In this document: one piece after another, positions 18,161-26,990 of the stretch
Position numbering within the stretch: the stretch's first letter is position 1
Layout of the letters: every line of letters begins with the position of its first letter
DNA from: an uncultured Acidobacteriaceae bacterium
GTDB taxonomy: Bacteria; Acidobacteriota; Terriglobia; Terriglobales; Acidobacteriaceae
Direction: 5' to 3'
Length of the DNA stretch: 64,000 bases
Assembly (NCBI GenBank): GCA_963823635.1
Contig: CAWGMV010000024.1
Coordinates: 1,468 to 65,467 of the forward strand
Made by a program: the position numbers and the translations under genes
Notes under the pieces: generated by a model
What the model was told of the DNA's origin: nothing
The model's input: the letters and a program-made list of their open reading frames with translations, nothing else
The model's database searches: none

Positions 18161-19156
18161 ATGGTTACGCGAGCGCAACCTTTGAGCGAGCAGGACCTGC
18201 GCGACCTGGGATTCGGTGCGGTCGTCAGCCGCGAGAGCCAGCAACGCCTGCTGAATCGTGATGGCAGTTTCAACGTGCAGCGACGAGGCTTGGGCTTCTG
18301 GGCGTCGTTCAGCCTCTATCACACGCTGCTTACCATTTCCTGGGTACGCTTCTTTCTCCTCTTTGTGGGCTCCTACTTCGTGGCCAATGCGCTGTTCGCG
18401 CTGGCCTACCTGGCCTGCGGGTCGAAAGCGCTGGGGGGCGCCACGCTGGGCCTGGAGATGCACCCTTTTCTGCGCGCATTTTTCTTCAGCGTGGAAACGC
18501 TGTCCACCATTGGCTACGGGAACGTTACACCAGAGGGCGTCGCGGCCAATTTTGTGGTGACTGCGGAGGCACTGACCGGGCTGATGGGCTTTGCCATCGT
18601 GACCGGCCTTCTGTTCGCCCGCCTCTCGCGGCCCACGGCAAAGATTCTGTTCAGCCGTCACGCTGTGGTTGCGCCCTATCGCGACATGACGGCGCTGGAG
18701 TTCCGCGTGGCCAATGCGCGCTCCAATGAGCTGATCGAGGTTTCCGCCAAAGTGATGATCAGCCGCTTCGAGGACTACGAGGGCGGACGCACGCGCCGCT
18801 ATTATCCGCTGGCGCTGGAGCGCGATAGCGTGGTATTTCTTCCCCTGACCTGGACGGTGGTGCATCCCATCGACGACGCCAGCCCACTGCATGGCGAGAC
18901 GCCGGAGTCGCTGCGAAATTCGCAGGCCGAGTTTCTGGTGCTGCTCAAGGCTTTCGACGAAATCTTTTCCACCATCGTGCAGACCCGCGTGTCCTATACC
19001 ATGGACGAGGTCGTCTGGGGCGCGCGCTTTGCCAATGCCTTCATGCTGAGCGCAGCGGAGGGATTTGCCGACGGCGCGCGGCGGGGGAAGAAAGTCGCAG
19101 TGAACATGCGACAGTTCGATAAGATCGAGCCGGCAACTAATCTGTTGAATCGGTGA
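18161..19156 (+). CDS. inward-rectifier-type potassium channel (KirBac family)
   Basis: Selectivity filter SVETLSTIGYGN, the N-terminal RLLNRDGSFNV slide-helix region, and a C-terminal beta-rich cytoplasmic domain. Start taken at the ATG at 18161. Confidence 0.85.
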   Translation: MVTRAQPLSEQDLRDLGFGAVVSRESQQRLLNRDGSFNVQRRGLGFWASFSLYHTLLTISWVRFFLLFVGSYFVANALFALAYLACGSKALGGATLGLEMHPFLRAFFFSVETLSTIGYGNVTPEGVAANFVVTAEALTGLMGFAIVTGLLFARLSRPTAKILFSRHAVVAPYRDMTALEFRVANARSNELIEVSAKVMISRFEDYEGGRTRRYYPLALERDSVVFLPLTWTVVHPIDDASPLHGETPESLRNSQAEFLVLLKAFDEIFSTIVQTRVSYTMDEVVWGARFANAFMLSAAEGFADGARRGKKVAVNMRQFDKIEPATNLLNR

Positions 19157-19160
19157 GAAG

Positions 19161-19258
19161 GGCAATTTCAAGTTTCGAGTTTCAAGTTCGCGCTACAACC
19201 GACTCGTGTCCGAAATTCAACAACTCGAAACTTGAAACTCGAAACTCGAAACTCGGAA
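19161..19258. repeat. inverted arrays of CTCGAAA heptamers forming an 18-bp stem
   Basis: 19171-19188 (AGTTTCGAGTTTCAAGTT) is the exact reverse complement of 19229-19246. The loop is 40 nt. The right arm is about 5 tandem CT[CT]GAAA units and lies just upstream of the hdeD RBS GAGGAGG. Confidence 0.8.
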
Positions 19259-19273
19259 AGTTGAGGAGGAATT

Positions 19274-19828
19274 ATGGCTGGACCTATTGTTACCGGCATC
19301 AAACGCGCCTCGGGATGGTCGATCGCACTGGGTGTACTGATGATCATCACCGGCATCATTGCCATGCTGGCCCCGTGGGAGTTCGGCATCGTCATCGCGC
19401 TCATCATTGGGTGGATGGCCATCTTCAACGGAGCAGCGCAGATCTTCTATGGCATTCGCACTCACAGCGGCGGGCGAACGGTGCTCGAAGTCATCCTCGG
19501 GCTCATCTACATCATCGCTGGAATTTACCTGCTGGTGCATCCTGTCGGCGGACTGCTGGTGCTGACCATCTTTCTGGCATCGTTCCTCGTCGTGTACGGA
19601 ATTTTCGCACTGGTGCTGGCGTTCCAAATGCGCCCGCTGGCTGGTTGGGGATGGGTGCTGTTCGACGCCATCATCACCATCCTGCTGGGCGTTCTGATTT
19701 GGGCGCACTGGCCCATGAATGCGGAGTGGGTAGTGGGAACGCTGTTCGGCATCAGCATGCTGGTGTCAGGGGTGACGCGGCTGATGGTGTCGCTGGCGTT
19801 TCGGCGGATAGCATCCGCGGCAGCGTAA
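19274..19828 (+). CDS. HdeD-family acid-resistance membrane protein
   Basis: 184 aa with six hydrophobic segments. The repeated pattern (GIIAMLAPW..; FNGAAQIFYGI; VSGVTRLMVSLAFR) is typical of the HdeD/DUF308 family. Confidence 0.8.
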   Translation: MAGPIVTGIKRASGWSIALGVLMIITGIIAMLAPWEFGIVIALIIGWMAIFNGAAQIFYGIRTHSGGRTVLEVILGLIYIIAGIYLLVHPVGGLLVLTIFLASFLVVYGIFALVLAFQMRPLAGWGWVLFDAIITILLGVLIWAHWPMNAEWVVGTLFGISMLVSGVTRLMVSLAFRRIASAAA

Positions 19829-19835
19829 CTGAATT

Positions 19836-20303
19836 GTGTACCGACGTGCCCGGCGCACCGACATCCGCGCAATGGCGGCAATCCGCGCCGCCGACTGGGG
19901 TACGGAAGAGTATTGGAAGGTGCGCATTCTCGAATACTTGAACCATGAGCGACACCCGGGGCAGGCGTTACGCCCGCGTGTTGCCTTTGTTTGCCTGGAA
20001 GACAATTACGTCGTTGGCTTTATCGCGGGACATCTTACGCGCCGCTTAGGCTGTGCGGGAGAATTACAGTGGATTTCGATCAGGCCACAGTTCCGCGGCC
20101 GTGGAATCGCCTCGGAATTGTTGCGGCGGTTGGCGGAATGGTTCGAGAAAAATGATGCTCTTCGCGTCTGCGTTGATGTGAACCCTGCGAACGAGGCTGC
20201 GCGACGCTTCTATGCGCGCCACAGCGCCGAAGACCTGAAACCTCATCGGATGATCTGGCACGGCATCCGGAAGGCATTCGAGGTTCAGCCCCTCAGTCGC
20301 TAG
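19836..20303 (+). CDS. GNAT family N-acetyltransferase
   Basis: 155 aa with a GTG start. Acetyl-CoA motif A-like RGRGIASELLRRL. Confidence 0.8.
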   Translation: MYRRARRTDIRAMAAIRAADWGTEEYWKVRILEYLNHERHPGQALRPRVAFVCLEDNYVVGFIAGHLTRRLGCAGELQWISIRPQFRGRGIASELLRRLAEWFEKNDALRVCVDVNPANEAARRFYARHSAEDLKPHRMIWHGIRKAFEVQPLSR

Positions 20304-20311
20304 CTCTGGGC

Positions 20312-20695
20312 CTATGCGTAGTCAATGGGATGATTCTGCAGCCAGTGCTCATCGCGGACCGTGCTCATTTCCTTCAGAGCGGAACGACCCATGCAGGCAG
20401 TGAGCTCGCGCGTCTTCCAGGCTAGCCCAACGAGTAGCCCGATGACGCTGCCTGCCACTCCGTAACCGACGACCTTGGCCCGGCGATCACGGCGGGAAAA
20501 ACACGAGCCGAACAGGGCAGCACAGGTGCCGATTGCGGCCAGTCCAATCGCTCCCCGCGCCGACTCACTCAGCACCCCGCTCAGAGGCTGCCCATGGAGA
20601 TGCGAGTCGCGGCCTCGGCGCAGTCCCGACAAGCCGGAGTTCAGCAGTTCCCGCCCATATTGCAGCTCACCTCTTATTTTTCCATCTGGCTCCAT
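20312..20695 (-). CDS. hypothetical membrane protein
   Basis: The ATG at 20695 is preceded by AAAGGAG. About 127 aa with two Gly-rich hydrophobic segments (AIGLAAIGTCAALFG and VVGYGVAGSVIGLLVGLAW). No family recognised. Confidence 0.45.
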   Translation of the reverse strand: MEPDGKIRGELQYGRELLNSGLSGLRRGRDSHLHGQPLSGVLSESARGAIGLAAIGTCAALFGSCFSRRDRRAKVVGYGVAGSVIGLLVGLAWKTRELTACMGRSALKEMSTVRDEHWLQNHPIDYA

Positions 20696-20915
20696 AGTGC
20701 TCACTCCTTTGCTCCAGTCCGCGAAAGCTCACGTGGCTCAGGTCATACGAAGGATCCAGAATCCTTCCTTAGTATGACCTTCCCATATGTGAGGGAATGG
20801 AGTCTATGACGCGCGTCACAATTTGGGGCAAACTACGTCACAGGCCCTCCTATGTTGATGCCTTGCAAGGCGGCCTCGATTGCACAGACCAAATTACAGC
20901 TTGGTTAAACGCTGG

Positions 20916-21458
20916 CTACTTAGCGCCTGGTCGCTTGCCGAGGGGCACAGCCGCCACATCGATCCAGCGTTCCCCGGTGCCTTTGACGAAGCTCAGCTTG
21001 CTGATGCGAACCTTGCGGCTGTCGGAATACTCGCTCCAGCGCCGGCGGGCGATCTCGAGCGCCTCGGCCGCCTCCTCATTGGTATCGGTCTTGACGATCG
21101 TCAGGTGAGGCATGTAAGGCCACGGCTCACAGAAGCAGAGGGCGTCGACGTTCATCCTGTCGCGTAGTTCGCGCATGCGATAAGCGCCTCTGGCAACGCG
21201 AAGAAAGACGGTCGGGGTGATGGGGGCAAAGGTTTCGACCTCGCCCATCGTTACTTCGAAGGGCGCAACCTCGTGACAAACTTCGGTCAGCAGCTTGACG
21301 GCTTGCTCCTCCGTGCCGCAAAGCGGACGTGGGGGCAGAATGGTCACATGCGCGTCGGCATGGGTATGCGCGGGATGCAGCTCGCGGCGCAATTGCTCTA
21401 CAAATATCCCCACCGGGCTGCGCACATACGCAACCGCGGCGTATAAGAGCGAACTCAT
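20916..21458 (-). CDS. 2H phosphoesterase superfamily protein (LigT/2'-5' RNA ligase-like)
   Basis: About 180 aa with two H-x-T motifs (HVTIL and HLTIV) at the spacing expected for the 2H fold. Start taken at the ATG at 21458, downstream of the preceding gene stop. Confidence 0.7.
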   Translation of the reverse strand: MSSLLYAAVAYVRSPVGIFVEQLRRELHPAHTHADAHVTILPPRPLCGTEEQAVKLLTEVCHEVAPFEVTMGEVETFAPITPTVFLRVARGAYRMRELRDRMNVDALCFCEPWPYMPHLTIVKTDTNEEAAEALEIARRRWSEYSDSRKVRISKLSFVKGTGERWIDVAAVPLGKRPGAK

Positions 21459-21504
21459 GAAGCTTACATTATAGTCGGCAACTCGGCGGGAAGCGGTGAC
21501 CGTC

Positions 21505-23070
21505 TCAGGCGCTGACTGTTTCCGCAGTCTTCGAGTTGGGAGGTCCGGAGCTGGCTGCCGGAGCAATGGAGACGAGGTCCGTCTTTGGCTCCGATGGGCG
21601 CACTTCCAGAAGGTCAGGCTCCGGATGGCGGCGGGCTTCCTTGACCGTCCGGTTGCGGGCCGCGCGCAGCTTCAGAAATGACTTGGCCTCTTTGTACAGA
21701 CGCTTGCGATCGGTGGAATTGAACGCGGCCCTCTTCACGATGCGGAAAATCGCTTTCGGGCGGAAGTAGTACTCATCGTAGAAGCGGTGCACCATCTCCA
21801 GGATGTAATCGCGCGAGATGCCTGGATACTCGATCATCGCCACCTGGTGGCCCATCTCGTCCACCATCTGCGAGCCTTCGAGCTTGATGAAGCCGTTGGC
21901 CTTAGCATAGTCATACAGTTCCGTGCCCGGGTAAGCATGGGCCAGCGAGACCTGGATGGTTTCCACGTCAATCTCTTTGGCAAAATCGATGGTGCGCCGG
22001 ATGCTCTCCTTGGTTTCGCCGGGAAGCCCGAGGATGAAGTCGCCGTGAACCAGCAGCCCGAGCTTCTTGCAGTCCTTGGTGAACTGGCGGGCGCGCTCAA
22101 CTGTGGCGCCCTTCTTGATGTTCTTCAGGATCTGCTGGTCGCCTGATTCGTAGCCGACGATGAGCAAGCGGCAGCCGGCTTCCTTCATCGCCTTCAACGT
22201 CTCGTAGTCGGTGGTGACGCGCGACGTGCAGGACCACGTAATGTTCAAGGGCTTCAGCTTCGAACACAGCTCAATCGTGCGCGCCTTCTGGATGTTGAAG
22301 GTGTCGTCGTCGAAGAAGAACTCTTTCACCCAGGGCCAATATTGTCTGGCCTTGGCCATTTCAGCGGCGACCCGGTCGGACGACCGCTTGCGCCAGGGGT
22401 GGCCGCTGAGGGTCTGAGGCCACAAGCAGAAGGTACACTGCGCGGGACAGCCGCGCGTGGTGTACAGCGCCACATAGGGATACAGCAGGAATGGCACGTT
22501 GTAGCGGCGCGGGTCGAGATCCCGCTTATACACATCCACTACATCCGGCAGCGCGTCGAGGTCCTCCACCGCCGGCCGGTCGGCGTTGTGAATGATTTCC
22601 CCGTTGGCGCCACGATAGGAAATCCCGAGAATTTCATTCAGCGGCTTGCCGTTGGCGAATTCCACCGCCGCGTAATCGAATTCGCGGCGTACGACAAAAT
22701 CGATTGCCTCACCTTCCTCGAGCGACCGCTCCGGTAACGTGGTGACATGCGGGCCCACGAAGGCTATCTTCAGCCTCGGGTTGGCCGCTTTCATAGCTGC
22801 GGCAAGCCCGATATCGCCCTGGAAGCCGGGAGTGCTGGTGAACAGCACCAGGAAGTCGTAGTCCTTGCCAATCTTGATGGTCTCCTCGGCGCTCACATGA
22901 TGTGGGGGAGCGTCGAGCATGCGCGCCCCTTCCAGCATGCCAGTGGGATAGGCGAGCCAGACCGGGTACCAATAGGACTCAATTTCGCGGGTGGCCGGCC
23001 AGCGCGAACTGGCGCCGCCATCGTAGTTCTCGAAAGAGGGTGGGTTTAGAAAAAGTGTTTTTAAAGGCAT
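21505..23070 (-). CDS. B12-binding-domain radical SAM protein (BchE/P-methylase class; HpnJ-like N-terminus)
   Basis: 521 aa. CxxxCxxC motif TRGCPAQCTFCLWP follows an N-terminal B12-binding-like domain. The N-terminus MPLKTLFLNPPSFENYDGGASSRW..YWYPVWLAYP recalls hopanoid-associated HpnJ (from memory). Confidence 0.85.
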   Translation of the reverse strand: MPLKTLFLNPPSFENYDGGASSRWPATREIESYWYPVWLAYPTGMLEGARMLDAPPHHVSAEETIKIGKDYDFLVLFTSTPGFQGDIGLAAAMKAANPRLKIAFVGPHVTTLPERSLEEGEAIDFVVRREFDYAAVEFANGKPLNEILGISYRGANGEIIHNADRPAVEDLDALPDVVDVYKRDLDPRRYNVPFLLYPYVALYTTRGCPAQCTFCLWPQTLSGHPWRKRSSDRVAAEMAKARQYWPWVKEFFFDDDTFNIQKARTIELCSKLKPLNITWSCTSRVTTDYETLKAMKEAGCRLLIVGYESGDQQILKNIKKGATVERARQFTKDCKKLGLLVHGDFILGLPGETKESIRRTIDFAKEIDVETIQVSLAHAYPGTELYDYAKANGFIKLEGSQMVDEMGHQVAMIEYPGISRDYILEMVHRFYDEYYFRPKAIFRIVKRAAFNSTDRKRLYKEAKSFLKLRAARNRTVKEARRHPEPDLLEVRPSEPKTDLVSIAPAASSGPPNSKTAETVSA

Positions 23071-23166
23071 ATTTGTGAAGTCTATCCTACCATCTGCGTA
23101 GCACAGGGCGGTGCGCTTGGCACGCTTAAACTTAGATGCATTTGCTGGTTCGCAGTGAACGGCACA

Positions 23167-24519
23167 TTAGTGAGGTGGAATGGCCCAATTTTCCAGTTCG
23201 CCAGTAGTCTTCAAAAGCTGCAACTCGGCGCGGCAAAGTTCAAATTCAGCGTCAAGATAGGCGGCATGCTTGTCGTCAACGTCGAGGCGGGCGTTGGCCT
23301 GGTCGCGCGAATTGGCAGCTCCCGTGTCCATGCGGCCGGTGACTGCCTCCAACTCTCCCTGGGCGACCTTCCATTCCAGCCGGGCGACATCCCGGGCAGC
23401 GCTCAACTGGCGCAAGGAACGCTGCAGCTTCAGTGTATTCTCTCCAACCTGATTGCGCGTCAAGTCCGCCTGCTTGCGCGCGATCATGGCATCCGCATCG
23501 GCTTGTTCGGCTTTGGCCTTCTGCACCGAGTTGAAGATAGGAATCCGAAGGTTCAGGCCGCCGGTGAAATTGTTGGCCAGAAAATTCCGGAAATACACAT
23601 CCCAGTTGTTGTATTTCGCCAGGTACGCATATTGCGTGGCAATATCCACGGTGGGCCAAGTGGCCGCCTTGTGTTCGCCTCGCGCACGCGCCTCGGCTGC
23701 CGCCGCTTTCTGATCTGCCTCTTTAACTAAAGGGCTGTTCGCCACCGCTCGTGCCGGAAAGTCATCATCCTGGGAAATCTGGGGCAGCCGCGGCATGGAT
23801 CCCGGCTCCACTGTGATCGAGTCGGCCGAAAGCCCGACCAGCTTGGACAGATGCTCTCGGAGGACATCCATCTGCCCTTGCGCCTCGGCGAGCCGCAATC
23901 GGATACGGGCTGTGGTCAGTTGGCTCTTGGTGACCTCCAGCTTGCTGTCCACTCCTTGCTGCAAACGCTGCTCGCTGACGAACTCGCCCTTCTCGGCCGC
24001 TTCCTGAGCTTCAGTCAAGGCTTTGATCTTGCCGGTCAGTTGCTCGAGTTGGGCGTAGGTCAGGGCGGTGTCGAGAATGACTGCATTGCGCTTGTCCAGC
24101 GCATTCTCCGAGCTAGCGCCCCAGTTAATTTTGGCGGCCCTGATGAACTGCTTCAGCGCGGGGTTGTACAGCGCCTGCGTTGAGGTGAAGTTGGCCAGCG
24201 AAGGCGCGGTACCTTCCAGGGTCAAGGGAAATCCATAAGCATAACCCAGACCTGAACCGATGGTCATTTGCGGGAAGTAGTTGTTGTGAAGCTCTTGGTA
24301 CTCCTTTTGCGAGCGCAACTGGCTGAGGGCAGCGATGCCCATAACGCCGCTGTGTTGCAACGCGAGATCGACGGCCTTGCTGAACGACAGGAATTCGCGG
24401 TCGGGCTTATTCTGCGCAATGCCCAGAACAAGAGCAGCCAGCAATACACAGGCGAGGGCTATCACCTTTGCCCAGCAGCCAAACCGATTGGTCGTCAGAC
24501 GGCGCGGTGGTGGAGGCAT
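23167..24519 (-). CDS. TolC-family outer-membrane efflux protein
   Basis: 450 aa with a signal/anchor segment. It shows the two-repeat coiled-coil/beta pattern typical of outer membrane factors (LDLALQHS.., LTYAQLEQL.., QRSLRQLSAARD). Confidence 0.85.
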   Translation of the reverse strand: MPPPPRRLTTNRFGCWAKVIALACVLLAALVLGIAQNKPDREFLSFSKAVDLALQHSGVMGIAALSQLRSQKEYQELHNNYFPQMTIGSGLGYAYGFPLTLEGTAPSLANFTSTQALYNPALKQFIRAAKINWGASSENALDKRNAVILDTALTYAQLEQLTGKIKALTEAQEAAEKGEFVSEQRLQQGVDSKLEVTKSQLTTARIRLRLAEAQGQMDVLREHLSKLVGLSADSITVEPGSMPRLPQISQDDDFPARAVANSPLVKEADQKAAAAEARARGEHKAATWPTVDIATQYAYLAKYNNWDVYFRNFLANNFTGGLNLRIPIFNSVQKAKAEQADADAMIARKQADLTRNQVGENTLKLQRSLRQLSAARDVARLEWKVAQGELEAVTGRMDTGAANSRDQANARLDVDDKHAAYLDAEFELCRAELQLLKTTGELENWAIPPH

Positions 24520-24565
24520 CCCGTGCTCTTACCTGCCAAAATAATGATGATACGCGGATGGCCGG

Positions 24566-25519
24566 CTATTGCAGATGGCTGAGGGCCTTTCTGGCGCGGT
24601 CGAAGCCGGACGCGAGGGCAAGCGACGCCTGGTATTCCGAGATCGCGGCAGGCGCCTGGCCCGTCTTCTCATAAATCTGGCCAAGCAAGTAATGGGCGCG
24701 AAAGGCGGGAGCGCCTTCCACCAATCCGCCGGAGGCCAGGTACTTCTTCAAATAAAAGATCGCCGCGGGAAAGTTGCGATTGCCTAGAAACAACTCGTTG
24801 GCGGCATCGAAGTAGGTGTCCGCAGGAATGCCATGCTGTGCTACAGCGCCTTGCACCGCCTTCTGCATGTCGTCGGGTCGTCCCCTAAGGCGGTAAAATT
24901 CGGCCAACTCCAGCCAATATTCCGCCGGGTCATTAGCTTCGGCGATAGCTTGCTGGAGCTGGCTTTCGGCCTCGGGAAACTGTTTCTCCTTCTCGGCAAT
25001 CCGTGCCAAAATCAAATGCGATTTCGCTGAATTCTGCTTGGCCACCTGCGCCGCCTGCTCACGGGCCTTGTCCAGGCCACCGCCCATGATTACCGGAGCT
25101 TCCGTGTAATATTCCGCCAGATCCAGCCGCGCTTCCACACTTGCGGGGTCAAGCTGCACGGCGCTCTCAAATTCAGTTCTTGCCTTGCGGGCCATGGCCG
25201 CGGCGGTCATGGGCTTTGAGCTTGCCGCCTTCTCCCCATAAGATCGGGCCAGCCAAAGATGATAGTAGGCATCGCCGGGACGGAGAGCGACCGCCCGCTC
25301 ACCAGACTTTACAGCGTCATCCCATTGTTCGGTCGCGTAATAGGCACGCGACAACAGATGCAGCGACTCCGCATCGTTACGCGTAACCAGAACGCTGATC
25401 GCCTCATTCATGCGCCCCAGGGACAGCAATTCCACCGTCGCGGGATCGGCAACGCTGATGGCCGCGGCAAGAAACACTGGAAGAAGGAACAGGAAAGATC
25501 GTAAACGAATAATTTTCAT
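24566..25519 (-). CDS. secreted TPR-repeat protein
   Basis: 317 aa with the signal peptide MKIIRLRSFLFLLPVFLAAAIS and multiple TPR-like A..Y..A...P repeats. Its ATG overlaps the hlyD-like stop (ATGA). Confidence 0.75.
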   Translation of the reverse strand: MKIIRLRSFLFLLPVFLAAAISVADPATVELLSLGRMNEAISVLVTRNDAESLHLLSRAYYATEQWDDAVKSGERAVALRPGDAYYHLWLARSYGEKAASSKPMTAAAMARKARTEFESAVQLDPASVEARLDLAEYYTEAPVIMGGGLDKAREQAAQVAKQNSAKSHLILARIAEKEKQFPEAESQLQQAIAEANDPAEYWLELAEFYRLRGRPDDMQKAVQGAVAQHGIPADTYFDAANELFLGNRNFPAAIFYLKKYLASGGLVEGAPAFRAHYLLGQIYEKTGQAPAAISEYQASLALASGFDRARKALSHLQ

Positions 25520-26775
25520 GGATTAACTGCTTTGACCGGCAAGCCGGGCGTAAGCGGCCGCATGTTTATTGATCCCAAGGCCAGAACCGCGTCATCCGGC
25601 AGACTGCTGGTGACGGAGATACGCGTGAGGTCCGACACCGAAGTCTTTACCTCGCGCCGGCGCAATTCTCCATTCACCACCTGATAAACGTACTGACCAT
25701 TGGAGTCCTGATGTACGGCTTCGCGTGGAACCGTGAGAGCATTCTCCACCCGGGCCGTGATGACGGCGACACTCACGTTGGTGTTGGGCAGAAGCTTGAG
25801 ATCGCTGTTGTCCACCATGCAGGTGACTTCGCCGACCATCCGTGTCCCGCGTTGCACCACAGTCGTGGGCAACGTCTCAAGTGTGCCTTTCCAGATTCTT
25901 CCCGGGAGCGCATCCCAGGTAACGTCAACCTCCTGTCCTTTTTGCAACCGCCCAATCTCCGGCTCGTCAATAAAAGCGCGCACCCGCACTTTATGCAGGT
26001 CGGCAGCCTGCACCAGCAGATCTCCGGCATTCACGAAGGCACCCTGCAAGACTGGAAGCGAGTACACCATTCCTTCCCGCGGCGTGGTGACATTCGAATC
26101 TCTCAGCAACTGTTGCGCCGCCGCGAGTGAGGCGCGGGCCTCGACCTGCTGTGCCTCCACGTGGCCGACTTGCTGTTGGGAATAACGGCCACTCAACTTC
26201 TGCTCCAGAAAATGCACATTGGCATCGGTCACACGTAACTGGTTCTGCGCGGCATCTACTTCTGCCTGAGAGGCCGCCCCAGTCTGCAGCAGTCGCTGCA
26301 TGGCTTGCAGATTCCTTTGCGCGGCATTGCGATCGGCTCTGGCCTTGACCAGAGCGTTCTGCGTGGCCAGTACTTCCTCCTTGGTGCCCCCGCCCTCTAC
26401 CGCAGTCATCTCAGCCTGCGCGCCCTTCAATTGCGCTTCGGAGCGGGCGGCCTGAAAGCGGGCGTTGGCGTCGTCCAATTGCAGCAGCAACTGCCCGGGC
26501 TTTACCCACTCGCCTTGCTGTACGTAAACCTTTTTTACCGTGGTCGCCACCGGAGCGTGGGCTTCGAAGTTGTTCAGGGCCTCGATCTTGCCGTTGGTGG
26601 CTATGCTGGCAGTGATGGTCTCCCGCTCGGCATGACCCACCCGAATAGGCACTTGCGAACGCCGCAAGGATACAAATGCAGCCAGTACCACTACCGCCAG
26701 CACCAGCGAAATGAGGATGAACCCAGTTCGCTTGCCGTTGACAGGCTTTGGCCCGTTACCGTTTGCAACTGCCAT
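25516..26775 (-). CDS. HlyD/MFP-family periplasmic adaptor subunit
   Basis: 419 aa with an N-terminal TM anchor (FILISLVLAVVVLAAF). It has a lipoyl-like region (VYVQQGEWVKPGQLLLQLDD), a long coiled coil, and beta-barrel segments. Confidence 0.85.
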   Translation of the reverse strand: MAVANGNGPKPVNGKRTGFILISLVLAVVVLAAFVSLRRSQVPIRVGHAERETITASIATNGKIEALNNFEAHAPVATTVKKVYVQQGEWVKPGQLLLQLDDANARFQAARSEAQLKGAQAEMTAVEGGGTKEEVLATQNALVKARADRNAAQRNLQAMQRLLQTGAASQAEVDAAQNQLRVTDANVHFLEQKLSGRYSQQQVGHVEAQQVEARASLAAAQQLLRDSNVTTPREGMVYSLPVLQGAFVNAGDLLVQAADLHKVRVRAFIDEPEIGRLQKGQEVDVTWDALPGRIWKGTLETLPTTVVQRGTRMVGEVTCMVDNSDLKLLPNTNVSVAVITARVENALTVPREAVHQDSNGQYVYQVVNGELRRREVKTSVSDLTRISVTSSLPDDAVLALGSINMRPLTPGLPVKAVNP

Positions 26776-26990
26776 CTTTGCCCAAACTTATCAGTATAAT
26801 GTACACCCGAACTTCTGCTTCGAGGCTTACGCTGAACCGTGGTTCCGACCGCTCGCAATGATGTGACGGACGCGAAAGCATAGTCGTTAGCTATCTGATG
26901 TTCTGGAGCTTATGAAAGACGCGACCGGTCCCACTTGAGCCGACCTTCGATCTATATCTCGGCAAGTCAGGAAAGGTCGCGAGAGACTCC

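Noticed and set aside
17762-19171. 469-aa minus-strand ORF covering the Kir channel gene and the spacer
   Set aside because: It is an antisense shadow of a gene with an unmistakable TIGYG selectivity filter. It would also overlap the 5' end of the GT39 gene.
19221-19258. Tandem heptamers considered as a CRISPR-like or microsatellite array
   Set aside because: The units are 7 nt with no spacers, and they are the complement of an upstream array. This is a hairpin or REP-type element, not a CRISPR array.
19153-19941. 262-aa + strand ORF spanning hdeD in another frame
   Set aside because: It starts inside the heptamer hairpin. Its product is His/Arg/Gly-rich and low-complexity. The hdeD frame has a strong RBS and family-typical TM repeats.
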